Positions 39,628 to 57,975 of a stretch of 64,000 nucleotides of DNA are shown here, one piece after another. Every line of letters begins with the position of its first letter. The first letter of the stretch is position 1. The translations under genes and the position numbers were made by a program. The DNA lies in NCBI GenBank assembly GCA_002269645.1, contig NIVC01001281.1, positions 231,302 to 295,301 on the forward strand, read 5' to 3'. Below the pieces are notes generated by a model. The model searched no databases. It was not told the DNA's origin and saw only the letters and a program-made list of their open reading frames with translations. This DNA is from Macrostomum lignano (Eukaryota).

Positions 39628-41121
39628 ATGTCGCGCCGCGTGTCCCAGAAATTGCCTGGCATCGAGCAGGACGAAGGCGTGGGCGCCCGGGTCCGCCGCA
39701 GCATCGGCAGGCCGGAGGTGGCCCGCCTGGACCCATTTCTGCTGCTAGACGAGTTCCGCGGCTCCGCGCCCGCCGGCTTTCCGGACCATCCGCACCGCGG
39801 CTTTGAGACCGTCACCTACGTGCTGGAGGGCGCCGTTCGCCACGAGGACTTCCTTGGCAACCAGGGCGTCATCAGGCCCGGCGACCTGCAGTGGATGACG
39901 GCCGGCAGGGGCATTGTGCACTGCGAGATGCCGCACGGGGAGGTCGAGTGCCGCGGCCTGCAGCTCTGGGTGAACTTGCCGAGGACTGACAAGATGTGCG
40001 AGCCGGCCTACCAGGTAAGGGGCTTCTGGGGTGCGGGATTCCTGGATTCCCTCCCAGTGTGGTTGCGGGAGTGAAGGATTCTCCCTTATCTGTCTGTGGG
40101 ATTCCCCCTATCTTTGTGTGGGGTTCCCCCTTTTTCTGTGGGATTCCCCTTATCTGTGTGGGATTCCCCCTTATCTGTGTGGGGGATTCTCCCTTATCTG
40201 TGTTGGATTCCCCCTTTTTTGTCTGTGGGATTCCCCCTTATTGATCTGTGGGATTCCCGTTATCTGTGCGTGGGATTGCCCCTTTATCTGTCTGTGGGAA
40301 TCCCCCCTTATCTGTCTGTGGGATTTCTAGATTCCTCTCATATACTAGCATTGGCAAATTAATTATTAAACTTACAAATTTTCTCCTTCAATCCTCATAT
40401 TTGCGTATCATTCATGGCCTGTCCCGCGCAGGACCTTCGCTCCTCCGACATCCCCAGCCGCAGTCAGGGCGGCGTCACCGTCCGCGTCATCGCCGGCGAG
40501 TCACTGGGTGCCAAGTCGCCCGTGTTCACCCGCACCCCCACCCTGTATCTGGACGTCACAGTGCAACCGGGTGAGCGGCGGGGGATGTCCTACACGGGCT
40601 ACTCATGCAGCTGACAGCAGTAGGCTGATGCGGATATTCCATACTGGCTACTCATGCACTCTGACAGCAGTTAGAGTAGGCTAGGCAGGATAAACAGTAG
40701 TAAGCGTGTGATAAAGTGAAATAACCTTCAACACTCCCTCCCCGGTTCGCTGGCAGGCGCCAAGGAGTTCACGCAGCCGGTGCCGCAGGACTGGAACGCA
40801 TTCATATTCGTGCTGAGCGGCCGGGCCGAGTTCGGCAGCAGCGGGGCCGGGGGCGTCATCGGCGAGGCGCACGAGACCCTGCTGCTGGACCGCTCCGGCC
40901 CGGCTGTGCGGGTGGCCCCCGTAACCGGGGCCGCCGCTGCCTGTCGCTTCGTGTTGATCGCCGGCCGGCCGCTCGGCGAGCCTGTGGAGCAGTGGGGCCC
41001 CTTCGTCATGTGCAGCAAGGCCGAGCTGCTCCAGGCCAAGGAGGACTATCGGAATGGCCGCAACGGCTTCGAGCGGGCGCCCGGTTGGGCTTCTTTTGTC
41101 GTGCGGGAGCAGGCCGACTGA
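39628..41121 (+). CDS. PIR: Pirin (bicupin), 3 exons
   Basis: Exons 39628-40014, 40432-40570, 40757-41121. EQDEGVGARVRRSIG, LDPFLLLDEF, GFPDHPHRGFETVTY, WMTAGRGIVHCEMP, GLQLWVNLP, EPVEQWGPFVM; the His/His/His/Glu metal ligands are present. Confidence 0.95.
40060..40325. repeat. Degenerate GGGATTCCCC repeat (PIR intron 1)
   Basis: GGGATTCCCCTTATCTGTCTGT variants. Confidence 0.8.
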
Positions 41122-41154
41122 GTCTTGGATTTGGGCTCGTGCATCCTTGATTTT

Positions 41155-41575
41155 CTGATCCCCTACCCCTAATGTACACCCTCACCAGCTGATCCCCTAC
41201 CCCCAATGTACACTCTCACCAGATGATCCCCTACCCCTAATGTACACCCTCACCAGCTGATCCCCTACCCCTAATGTACACCCTCACCAGCTGATCCCCT
41301 ACCCCTAATGTACACCCTCACCAGCTGATCCCCTACCCCCAATGTACACTCTCACCGGCTGATCCCTACCCCCAATGTACACCCTCACCAGCTGATCCCC
41401 TACCCCCAATGTACACTCTCCCTAACCTATCCCTACCCCAAATGTACACTCCCTAACCTATCCCTACCCCCAATGTACACTCTCCCCAACCGATCCCTAC
41501 CCCCAATGTACACTCTCCCTAACCGATCCCTACTCCCAATGTACACTCTCCCCCCATCTGATCCCTACCCCAATG
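41155..41575. repeat. C-rich ~34-bp repeat 3' of PIR
   Basis: TGATCCCCTACCCCTAATGTACACCCTCACCAGC variants. Confidence 0.85.
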
Positions 41576-41984
41576 TACGCTCTTCAAAACTCCCCATCCT
41601 CCAGTTTACCCTATAGAGTACTGTGTTATCAATGCGTTTGTATGACTCACAAGGGTTTTATAAGTTAGCCGACTCTGTTGTGGAATATTCCTGTTTGATT
41701 CAAAAATATTTTTTCTATCTAAAGTTTTGTAATGCAAAATTGTGCTTAGCTTTCCAAAACCGTGGCAGATCTCTCGATAATTTTTGACATCGCTTTTACA
41801 TGACTCTAGTTTTGCAGCGACATGTTTATGTAGAAATATTTTTGTTGAAATATACTTAATTATAAAGGTGTGTTCTAAATTCTTCTTCTTCTATATTCGT
41901 CATTAATTTGCTTATTATTTGCATGAGTTAGTAAAACAGTAATATTTTAATAGATATTCAAAACATTGTTTTTTCCTATCATAG

Positions 41985-42995
41985 ATTGCTAATCTAGCCT
42001 ATCATGGGTGCAGGAATAGAATGGATTGCTAATCTAGCCTATCATGGATGCAGGAATAGAATGGATTGCTAATCTAGCCTATCATGGATGCAGGAATAGA
42101 ATGGATTGCTAATCTAGCCTATCATGGGTGCAGGAATAGAATGGATTGCTAATCTAGCCTATTATGGGTGCAGGAATAGAATGGATTGCTAATCTAGCCT
42201 ATCATGGATGCAGGAATGGAATGGATTGCTAATCTAGCCTATCATGGGTGCAGGAATAGAATGGATTGCTAATCTAGCCTATCATGGGTGCAGGAATAGA
42301 ATGGATTGCTAATCTAGCCTATTATGGGTGCAGGAATAGAATGGATTGCTAATCTAGCCTATCATGGATGCAGGAATGGAATGGATTGCTAATCTAGCCT
42401 ATCATGGGTGCAGGAGTAGAATGGATTGCTAATCTAGCCTATCATGGGTGCAGGAATAGAATGGATTGCTAATCTAGCCTATCATGGGTGCAGGAATAGA
42501 ATGGATTGCTAATCTAGCCTATCATGGATGCAGGAATGGAATGGATTGCTAATCTAGCCTATCATGGGTGCAGGAATAGAATGGATTGCTAATCTAGCCT
42601 ATCATGGATGCAGGAATAGAATGGATTGCTAATCTAGCCTATCATGGGTGCAGGAATAGAATGGATTGCTAATCTAGCCTATCATGGGTGCAGGAATAGA
42701 ATGGATTGCTAATCTAGCCTATCATGGATGCAGGAATAGAATGGATTGCTAATCTAGCCTATCATGGGTGCAGGAATAGAGTGGATTGCTAATCTAGCCT
42801 ATCATGGGTGCAGGAATAGAATGGATTGCTAATCTAGCCTATCACGGATGCAGGAATAGAATGGATTGCTAATCTAGCCTATCATGGGTGCAGGAATAGA
42901 ATGGATTGCTAATCTAGCCTATCATGGGTGCAGGAATAGAATGGATTGCTAATCTAGCCTATCACGGATGCAGGAATAGAATGGATTGCTAATCT
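41985..42995. repeat. 40-bp minisatellite, array A (PIR-GNPNAT1 spacer)
   Basis: GCTAATCTAGCCTATCATGGGTGCAGGAATAGAATGGATT, about 25 copies. Confidence 0.97.
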
Positions 42996-42996
42996 A

Positions 42997-45899
<2,903 letters not shown>

Positions 45900-46664
45900 C
45901 CGCTGCGACCTGTCTGGGCGATTCTTCCAAGGACGGCTTTGTCTGTCTGTGCAGATCGGCATGTACATTCTGCGCTTTGGGGGTTGGCCTCATGGGCTTG
46001 GAATCGCCGCAATGCACAAGGCCAATGTCTATTTATTGATTAGTTAAGCAGGCTATTGTTTAAACTTTCTAAATTTATATTATATAAAATTGCTTGAATT
46101 TTTGGTTTCCTTGGTTGTTAGCGGATTTATTGACACCTGCTTTAGCATTCTTCAGCATGTCACACCCCCTCTGCTTACTCGGAGACGGTCCATGAGTACC
46201 CCTGATACCTGCGTGTGTCATCGCGAGTTGTCACACGCGTGCCTTCGCCAGCTGTGATACCGAATCTCACCGAGTCTGTCGCGCCATCACACTTGAGCTG
46301 CGCCTGACCGACCGACACTGATTGATTTGTAATTTGGTAGCTTGCCTGTCCCCACCTCCATGGCTTTTAACTGTATCTTTGTTTCTTTTTATTTCATTGA
46401 GTTTTTCTACTTTCTTTGCGCAGGCCAAACTGGTAATCAAGACTGGGACGCAGATTTCTTAGCTTAGTTTTGCTTATTTCAGATTTTACTTTTGTACTTA
46501 TTGATGTCCTTTATGATGCTGCTTTGTTCAAATATTTTGGTCTGGATTGGATGGTTTGGAACAATAATACATCTGGTAGCTGGCGTTTAACTACGGATGT
46601 CTGTGTCTCATGTGTTTGATTTATTTTTAGCTGCTATGATTCCATAAGCCACTAAGATGGATTA

Positions 46665-47465
46665 TGGAATCTAGCCTATCATGGATGCAGGAGTAGAATG
46701 GATCGCTAATCTAGCCTATCATGGATGCAGGAGTAGAATGGATCGCTAATCTAGCCTATCATGGATGCAGGAATAGAATGGATTGCTAATCTAGCCTATC
46801 ATGGATGCAGGAATAGAATGGATTGCTAATCTAGCCTATCATGGGTGCAGGAGTAGAATGGATCGCTAATCTAGCCTATCATGGGTGCAGGAATAGAATG
46901 GATTGCTAATCTAGCCTATCATGGGTGCAGGAATAGAATGGATCGCTAATCTAGCCTATCATGGATGCAGGAATAGAATGGATCTCTAATCTAGCCTATC
47001 ATGGATGCAGGAGTAGAATGGATCGCTAATCTAGCCTATCATGGATGCAGGAATAGAATGGATTGCTAATCTAGCCTATCATGGGTGCAGGAATAGAATG
47101 GATTGCTAATCTAGCCTATCGTAGGTGCAGGAATAGAATGGATTGCTAATCTAGCCTATCATGGGTGCAGGAATAGAATGGATTGCTAATCTAGCCTATC
47201 ATGGGTGCAGGAATAGAATGGATTGCTAATCTAGCCTATCATAGGTGCAGGAATAGAATGGATTGCTAATCTAGCCTATCATGGGTGCAGGAATAGAATG
47301 GATTGCTAATCTAGCCTATCATGGGTGCAGGAATAGAATGGATTGCTAATCTAGCCTATCATGGGTGCAGGAATAGAATGGATTGCTAATCTAGCCTATC
47401 ATGGGTGCAGGAATAGAATGGATTGCTAATCTAGCCTATCATGGGTGCAGGAATAGAATGGATTG
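46665..47465. repeat. 40-bp minisatellite, array B (GNPNAT1-DTD2 spacer), same unit and orientation as array A
   Basis: Same consensus, about 20 copies. Confidence 0.97.
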
Positions 47466-47693
47466 AATAGAAATAGTTAATATATATAATATAAGCAATC
47501 TGCAGGGTTTCCCACTGCACAGGTTTTCAGATGCTGCGGAATCTTAGCGCAGTAACCGGAGATGCTCATTTTTGTTGGGTCCTCAATTAATAATTCAGCA
47601 GCCACACGGGCTGTCTGCTGCTAGAAGCCTGCATTTCTGGTTCAGCTTCTTTTTGCTAATTTCTCAAGGCTCGGTGCCAAAAAGATTGCTTAG

Positions 47694-48710
<1,017 letters not shown>

Positions 48711-48904
48711 GAGTCCTTTTTCTCTTATTATTAAAAAAGATACATCCTGTTTTGCAGTCAGCATTCCTCCCATTTCGATACATTTACTCTTAGCTATTCA
48801 TTGTGTTTAGGATGTGCGGATTTCTGATTTTGCCAATAAACTCGCCATGATTTGATCTTTTATTGTATTTTGAAGTTTTTGTTCTTTTACCGACTAACTG
48901 ATTT

Positions 48905-49400
48905 CATACTGCATGTCACTCTATCACTCTGCATGTCACTCTGTTACTCTCCATGTCACTCTATCACTCTGCATGTCACTCTATCACTCTGCATGTCACT
49001 CTGTTGCTCTCCATGTCACTCTATCACTCTGCATGTCACTCTATCACTCTGCATGTCACTTTATCACTCTGCATGTCACTCAATCACTCTAAATATCACT
49101 CTATTCTTCTGCATGTTACTCTGTCACTCTACATGTCACTCTATCACTCTCCATGTCACTCTATCACTCTACTTATCACTCTGTCACTCTGCATGTCACT
49201 CTGTCACTCTACATGTCACTCTATCACTCTCCATGTCACTCTATCACTCTACTTATCACTCTGTCACTCTGCATGTCACTCTCACTCTACATGTCACTCT
49301 GTCACTCTTCATGTCACTCTGTCACTCTTCATATCACTCTGTCACTCTTCGTGTCACTCTGTCACTCTAAATGTCACTCTATCACTCTGCATGTCACACC
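48905..49400. repeat. 20-bp repeat (DTD2-SDR spacer)
   Basis: ATGTCACTCTATCACTCTGC variants. Confidence 0.9.
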
Positions 49401-49536
49401 AGAAGTGCCCACGCTGGCCTTCCTCATTCATGCCAGAGATTCGGGCCGCCACCTCTTGCTGCTGCCCTGGGCTGTTCTGAGGCCTTCCTTCTCAGCTGTT
49501 GACTTTGTTGAACTCCGCGACCGAGACCGCCCGGAC

Positions 49537-51780
<2,244 letters not shown>

Positions 51781-52046
51781 CTGCATTTAACAGCCTGTCC
51801 CGTTGCCATGGCAACCAGTCCCGCCCCCCCCCCTAGATAGTGTAAGCGAATCTTGCGCATTGCAGCCAATTGAAATAGAAATACGCGAGTTTTATCAACT
51901 GCTTTGATAGGCTGATTTATTTGTTTTAGTGTTAGACTTGACTATTGCAAATGGTAACTGACTGGCGGCTTTTGGCTGTCTATGATTCTATCTGTCTTCT
52001 TTTTTCTGCCCGAATCGAATTTTGCCTGTCACGTGCACCTGATCTG

Positions 52047-52262
52047 GCTCATCAGTTTACTGAGGCCTTGGCAACTGCAGTGAGCTTGAGTCATCAGTTT
52101 ACTGAGGCCTTGGCAACTGCAGTGAGCTTGAGTCATCAGTTTACTGAGGCCTTGGCAACTGCAGTGAGCTTGAGTCATCAGTTTACTGAGGCCTTGGCAA
52201 CTGCAGTGAGCTTGAGTCATCAGTTTACTGAGGCCTTGGCAACTGCAGTGAGCTTGAGTCAG
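52047..52262. repeat. 42-bp repeat, about 5 copies
   Basis: CATCAGTTTACTGAGGCCTTGGCAACTGCAGTGAGCTTGAGT. Confidence 0.9.
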
Positions 52263-52415
52263 CTACGCAGAAATTGAAATGAGCAAGCTCCAAGACAATA
52301 GACATTATTCGGCAACTTAGAAAACAAGGCAAGATTTGCGCATAAAGTACTTTATTGAATCCAGCTGGCCTTCGAACAAACTGACAAAGGATTTGTCAAG
52401 TAAAGCCAATAGTTC

Positions 52416-52887
52416 TCAGTAGCACTGGCCGTACCGGTTGGAGGCATTGATGGGCAGGCAGTAGCCCGAGCAGCACTGCCTGAAGCTCACGCACAGGTGG
52501 CCTTTGGCCAGGCAGGCCGCCTCCGCTACCGAGCTCTGCCCTGCCAGCACTGCAGGGGCGGGTTGGGAATGGCGGTTACTGCTGCATCTGAGCCCTCACT
52601 GACAGTCTCTGCACTCCATCTGAGCCCTCACTGGCAGTCCCTGCACTGCATCTGAGCCCTCACTGACAGTCCCTGCACTGCATCTGAGCCCTCACTGACA
52701 GTCCCTGCACTGCATCTGAGCCCTCACTGACAGTCCCTGCACTGCATCTGAGCCCTCACTGACAGTCACTGCTGCCTCCGGAGCTGCCCCTGGACCAGGC
52801 CATCTCAGTCAGCATAGGAAGTGACTCACCGTAGAGCAGAGTAACTATGAGCAGCAAAAGCAAAGTCTGCAACCGAGGTTGAGCCAT
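52416..52887 (-). CDS. Secreted cystine-knot (ICK/knottin) peptide 1, 63 aa
   Basis: Exon 52887-52830 (signal peptide, G|GTGAG) plus exon 52549-52416 gives MAQPRLQTLLLLLIVTLLYVLAGQSSVAEAACLAKGHLCVSFRQCCSGYCLPINASNRYGQCY*. Pattern C-x6-C-x5-CC-x3-C-x11-C. Minus-strand AATAAA at 52351-52356. Confidence 0.82.
52590..52770. repeat. 32-bp repeat (knottin 1 intron)
   Basis: TGCATCTGAGCCCTCACTGACAGTCCCTGCAC. Confidence 0.88.
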
Positions 52888-52959
52888 GGGTGAAGCTGTG
52901 CCGATCCAAGTCTTCGGTCCGGTGTTGGGGCAATTGTTACTGAAGTAGCAAGGGAGGGT

Positions 52960-52975
52960 GTATTGAGCTCAATAC
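52960..52975. promoter_or_regulatory. Perfect 16-bp palindrome in the 210-bp spacer between the divergent knottin genes
   Basis: GTATTGAGCTCAATAC is its own reverse complement; a regulatory role is inferred only. Confidence 0.35.
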
Positions 52976-53097
52976 GTCCGCAGACCTCATGCAAACGTCT
53001 ATGGCCCAGACCTAAATGCATTCCTGTGTAAAATGTAGTTCAAGTTTGAATATCAGCTTCGAGTTTGGTCAAGTGTCTGCTCAGAACAGCTGCCAAA

Positions 53098-53354
53098 ATG
53101 GTTTCCCATTTGAGCACAGTTATTATTGTGCTCGCAATGATTCTGTTTTTCGGTGAGTCAGTTAATTTGTGCATTGTGAATTTTCTGCATACGTGACGGC
53201 TGTTGGAGCTTCCCAGTGCTCTTCTCCATTAGGCTACGACGCGGTAAACAACTGCTGGCTGGTCGGTGAGCACTGCTCGGATGGCAACCAGTGCTGCTCA
53301 CACCAGTGCTACTCAAGCAATGACAGGTTCGGTCCTCTCGGACTCTGCCTCTGA
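53098..53354 (+). CDS. Secreted cystine-knot (ICK/knottin) peptide 2, 58 aa
   Basis: Exon 53098-53152 (G|GTGAG) plus exon 53233-53354 gives MVSHLSTVIIVLAMILFFGYDAVNNCWLVGEHCSDGNQCCSHQCYSSNDRFGPLGLCL*. Pattern C-x6-C-x5-CC-x3-C-x12-C. AATAAA at 53406 and 53432. Confidence 0.8.
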
Positions 53355-53699
53355 GTTGGTAGTACAGCCTGTGCTCACTTTTCACAATGCGATTTTTACT
53401 TAGCAAATAAACCTAAAGGTACTTATTTTTCAATAAACATTTATTCAGATACTCTTTAGTCTTATCCATGCCACGTTTTGCTCAATATTTCGCTTTGATC
53501 CATGGTCTTCGCCAGCTAGACACTGATTGCTAATTTATCAATTCTGGGAGTGCAGGTGACAATGTGCTATTGTTGAGTCATCAGGGGTCTGTGATGTGAA
53601 TACGGATGTCAGGGTGGGCTACAGTTGAGTCAGCAGGTGTCAGGGCTACTGATGAGTCAGCAGATGTCAGGGTGGGCTGTCGTTGCGACAGCAGGTGTC

Positions 53700-54175
53700 A
53701 GAGTGTGCTATTGTTGAGTCTGAGAGTGCAGGTGTCAGCTAGGGTGGGCTATTGTTGAGTCTGAGAGTGCAGGTGTCAGCTAGGGTGGGCTATTGTTGAG
53801 TCTGAGAGTGCAGGTGTCAGCTAGGGTGGGCTATTGTTGAGTCTGAGAGTGCAGGTGTCAGCTAGGGTGGGCTATTGTTGAGTCTGAGAGTGCAGGTGTC
53901 AGCTAGGGTGGGCTATTGTTGAGTCTGAGAGTGCAGGTGTCAGCTAGGGTGGGCTATTGTTGAGTCTGAGAGTGCAGGTGTCAGCTAGGGTGGGCTATTG
54001 TTGAGTCTGAGAGTGCAGGTGTCAGCTAGGGTGGGCTATTGTTGAGTCTGAGAGTGCAGGTGTCAGCTAGGGTGGGCTATTGTTGAGTCTGAGAGTGCAG
54101 GTGTCAGCTAGGGTGGGCTATTGTTGAGTCTGAGAGTGCAGGTGTCAGCTAGGGTGGGCTACTGTTGAGTCAGCA
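53700..54175. repeat. 41-bp minisatellite
   Basis: GCTAGGGTGGGCTATTGTTGAGTCTGAGAGTGCAGGTGTCA tandem. Confidence 0.93.
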
Positions 54176-55039
54176 GGGGGTCTTCAGTTAGAAGCCGGAA
54201 TTCATGCAGTTAGAAAGAAATTCAGACCGCAGCACTGCATGAGCCCTCGAGTTATCTTGAGTAGATAAGGTACTTAATTGAGGCTTCTTTAGTACGTGAA
54301 GTCACTCCCTGATGCTCAAAAATACCAACATTAGTTCTGGTCTTGCATTGTCACCTGCACGGCACTTGTGGGAGGCAATTTCAAGCAAATTGAGGCAGCT
54401 CAGCACCCATAGCCTGGGGGTCCGTATTCTAGTTATAGCTATTCACCTTTCACAACTGAGCAAATAAGGAGCTCGGGGCTGACTCAACAGCAGACCGGGA
54501 ATTGGTGGCTGCAGAGCCTCGGGGCTGATCTGCGAATCTGAAAATTCTAGTGAGGAAAGCTCTGAGTTTGATGGCTTTGATATCAAGAAGTACTTTATTT
54601 GGCGAGGGGTTTGGGAGCTTGGGATATCATCAGATTTCTACCCTAAAATTGAGTAGCGCACGTTTCGAAACTGCCAGGTGTCCGGGTTTAATCTCTGGTG
54701 TCCCTGAGCGGTTGTACGATCGCTACATCTGGCATTGAGCTGATGGTTCATGTGGAAAATGATATCCATAAAATATGCATTAGCTGTGGCCCAATTTTAT
54801 GAGTTCAGTGCCAAGTAAATTGAAAACTGGGGGGGGCGGCAGAGCTCGGAGCTTGCAGTTTCCTGTTGACCTCAGCTTGTAAATTCGGCTTCATTTTACA
54901 ACCTGGCCGAGTCTGAGCTGCCAGGTATGAAAATCAAATTAGCACCGATCAGCGTACAAGTAGAGACTGTAGAGCGCAACCAGAACTGCTCCAGGAGTGT
55001 TCGCTCTGTGGCGTCCTTTGCCGTCAGTTGAAATCTGTC

Positions 55040-56070
55040 CAAACTACCCCGAGGAGTCCCTGCTGTTCTCTTGACTGATTCGGGGGAATCCCTGCTGTTC
55101 TCTTGACTGATCCGGGGGAATCCCTGCTGGTTCTCTTGACTGATCCGGGGGAATCCCTGCTGGTTCTCTTGACCGATCCAGGGGAATCCCTGCTGGTTCT
55201 CTTGACTGATCCGGGGGAATCCCTGCTGGTTCTCTTGACTGATCCGGGGGAATCCCTGCTGGTTCTCTTGACCGATCCAGGGGAATCCCTGCTGTTCTCT
55301 TGACCGATCCGGGGGAATCCCTGCTGTTCTCTTGACCGATCCGGGAGAATCTCTGCTGTTCTCTTTACCAATCTGGAGGAATCCCTGCTGTTCTCTTGAC
55401 TGATCCGGGGGAATCACTGCTGTTCTCTTTACCAATCTGGGGGAATCCCTGCTGGTTCTCTTGACTGATCCGGGGGAATCCCTGCTGTTCTCTTTACCAA
55501 TCTGGGGGAATCCCTGCTGGTTCTCTTGACTGATCCGTGGGAATCCCTGCTGTTCTCTTTACCAATCCGGGGGAATCCCTGCTGATTCTCTTAACTGATC
55601 CCGGGGGAATCCCTGCTGGTTCTCTTGACTGATCCGGGGGAATCCCTGCTGGTTCTCTTGACTGATCCGGGAGAATCCCTGCTGGTTCTCTTGACCGATC
55701 CGGGGGAATCCCTGCTGGTTCTCTTGACTGATCCCGGGAGAATCCCTGCTGGTTCTCTTGACTGATCCGGGAAAATCCCTGCTGTTCTCTTGACTGATCC
55801 GGGGGAATCCCTGCTGTTCTCTTGACTGATCCGGGGGAATCCCTGCTGTTCTCTTGACTGATCCGGGGGAATCCCTGCTGTTCTCTTGACTGATCCGGGG
55901 AATCCCTGCTGTTCTCTTGACTGGGAATCCCTGCTGTTCTCTTGACTGGGAATCCCTGCTGTTCTCTTGACTGGGAATCCCTGCTGTTCTCTTGACTGAT
56001 CCGGGGGAATCCCTGCTGTTCTCTTGACTGATCCGGGGGAATCCCTGCTGTTCTCTTGACTAATCCGGGG
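55040..56070. repeat. 32-33-bp minisatellite
   Basis: TGACTGATCCGGGGGAATCCCTGCTG(G)TTCTCT tandem. Confidence 0.93.
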
Positions 56071-56177
56071 GAATTGAGAGACGAAAATACAAAAAATGTT
56101 TCAGTAGAGAACAGAAAAACCAACGCCAGTTACTTTTTATTACAACACAGTTTGATCCAAGCGCACAGATCCGAGTG

Positions 56178-56401
56178 TCACAGGCGATTATCGTCCGGCA
56201 TTTCGTGAATTCCCCGCTTGCTGGCCCTGGTCGGGAGTCTCGAACATCCATCGGACACGGCGAAAGCTGTGGGTGCGCCGGAGGACGCTGTGAACTTGCC
56301 ATTTAGAATTCTATTCAGTTTATCAGCTTTGTGAGCTCACCCACGAGCAGCAGGACCAGCGCGATGACAGCAAGGAGGCCTGGCCAGTGCTGAGCAGCCA
56401 T
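56178..56401 (-). CDS. Putative small secreted peptide precursor
   Basis: Signal-like exon 56401-56341 (MAAQHWPGLLAVIALVLLLV, G|GTGAG). Phase-1 acceptors at 56287 or 56266 give ...AFAVSDGCSRLPTRASKRGIHEMPDDNRL*. Minus-strand AATAAA at 56136-56141. Confidence 0.45.
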
Positions 56402-57524
56402 GGGTCTGCGGCTTTGGAGAGATTGAAGTTGGCAAGTTAACCCAGTTCGAACTGCTTATAACCCTGCTAATCATGGCATTCTGCCGCCTGCATCGGGTCT
56501 GTTATGGAATTCCCATGGGCTCTCCTGGCCATAGACAGTTCGCTCACTTCCTTCTCAGAGTTCTCAGGATTTGTGTTCGATTATGTCATTAACCAGTCAG
56601 TGATGATGTCAGTGACCAGTCAGTGATGATGTCAGTGACCAGTCAGTGATGATGTCAGAGACCAGTCAGTGATGATGTCAGAGACCAGTTCACTCTGTTT
56701 GTCTCTCGGGAGTTATCTGCAGCTGCTGTTTGCAGTCTCCAAGCGGCTTCAGCCATCATAAATAAAGTGCATCAAGAGTCCGGCCGAGCGCTGCTGTGTG
56801 GGGAGCACCCGACTGCAGGGTAAAATTGGGTAAAAAGTTATCTAAGAAAATCTTGCAGTCGGCAATCAGCCGCCCCCCCCCTGGCAATCTGGGCTGATTG
56901 AATTTCTGTAACAAGATTTGGCACCGCTGGATGATGAGGCAGGGGAGAGGGGAGCCAGCCGGACTCATTAGCTCGAGCTGCTGAGCTTTGAATATTCGTG
57001 AGCAGGGCGGGCCATCAAGGCTGAGCTGCATGGTCCCAGCTCAGGGAGTTGCAGCGAGAGACTTCCCCGTTGGAAATGAGTGGCAGTCTCAGCCAGTTCT
57101 CCCTATTGGTCACAGGTGCCGGCGGGGGGGTCCGGCCCGCGGATTCGAACCGCGCACGGCCGATCGCAGGGGGTTTCAGCTACTCGAATCGCTCAAGTGC
57201 GAGGCCCCCGAGAGGCAGGGCGGGCACTGAAGTGACAGGCAATCAGGGCGGGGATTCGGTCTTATCGGTGTCCCTGCAGACTGGCAGGGGGTTGCGGCCG
57301 GGAGAAATTCGGAAGAAATTGAGGAGAGGCCAGGAAATTTCGGGAACAGGCGGGGCGTGGAGAGGCGAAACTCGATCCAGAGCGCGGGAGAAATATCCCA
57401 GCTAAGCCGGTGGGGAGCCGCAATTGTGGTGCACGGGAATGAGAAATTGAGACGCATTAAAGTGGAATCCGCCGGCTGAGCAGCTGCGGCTGGGAGATTG
57501 CCGCTGTTCTTGGCAACAACACAG

Positions 57525-57975
57525 CCTCCTGACCCTCATCATAGCCTCCCGATCCTCAGCCCAGCCTCCTGACCCTCATCATAGCCTCCCGATCCTCAGC
57601 CCAGTCTCCCGATCCTCAGCCCAGCCTCCTGACCCTCATCATAGCCTCCTGACCTTCAGCACAGCATCCCGATCCTCAGCGCAGTCTCCCGATCCTCAGC
57701 ACAGCCTCCTGATCCTCAGCGCAGTCTCCCGATCCTCAGCCCAGCCTCCTGACCCTCAGCACAGCTTCCTGACCTTCATAATAGCCTCCCGATCCTCAGC
57801 CCAGCCTCCTGACCCTTATTATAGCTTCCTGACCTTCAGCAAAGCATCTCGATCCTAAGCACAGCCTCCTGATCCTCAGCCCAGCCTCCTGACCCTCAGC
57901 ACAGCCTCCTGACCCTCAGCACAGCCTCCTGACCCTCAGCACAGCCTCCTGACCCTCAGCACAGCCTCCTGATCC
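57525..57975. repeat. ~20-bp repeat
   Basis: ACAGCCTCCTGACCCTCAGC variants. Confidence 0.85.

Noticed and set aside
41985-42995. Regular ~40-bp repeats as a CRISPR array (also other arrays)
   Set aside because: Head-to-tail units without unique spacers, no cas genes, eukaryotic context.
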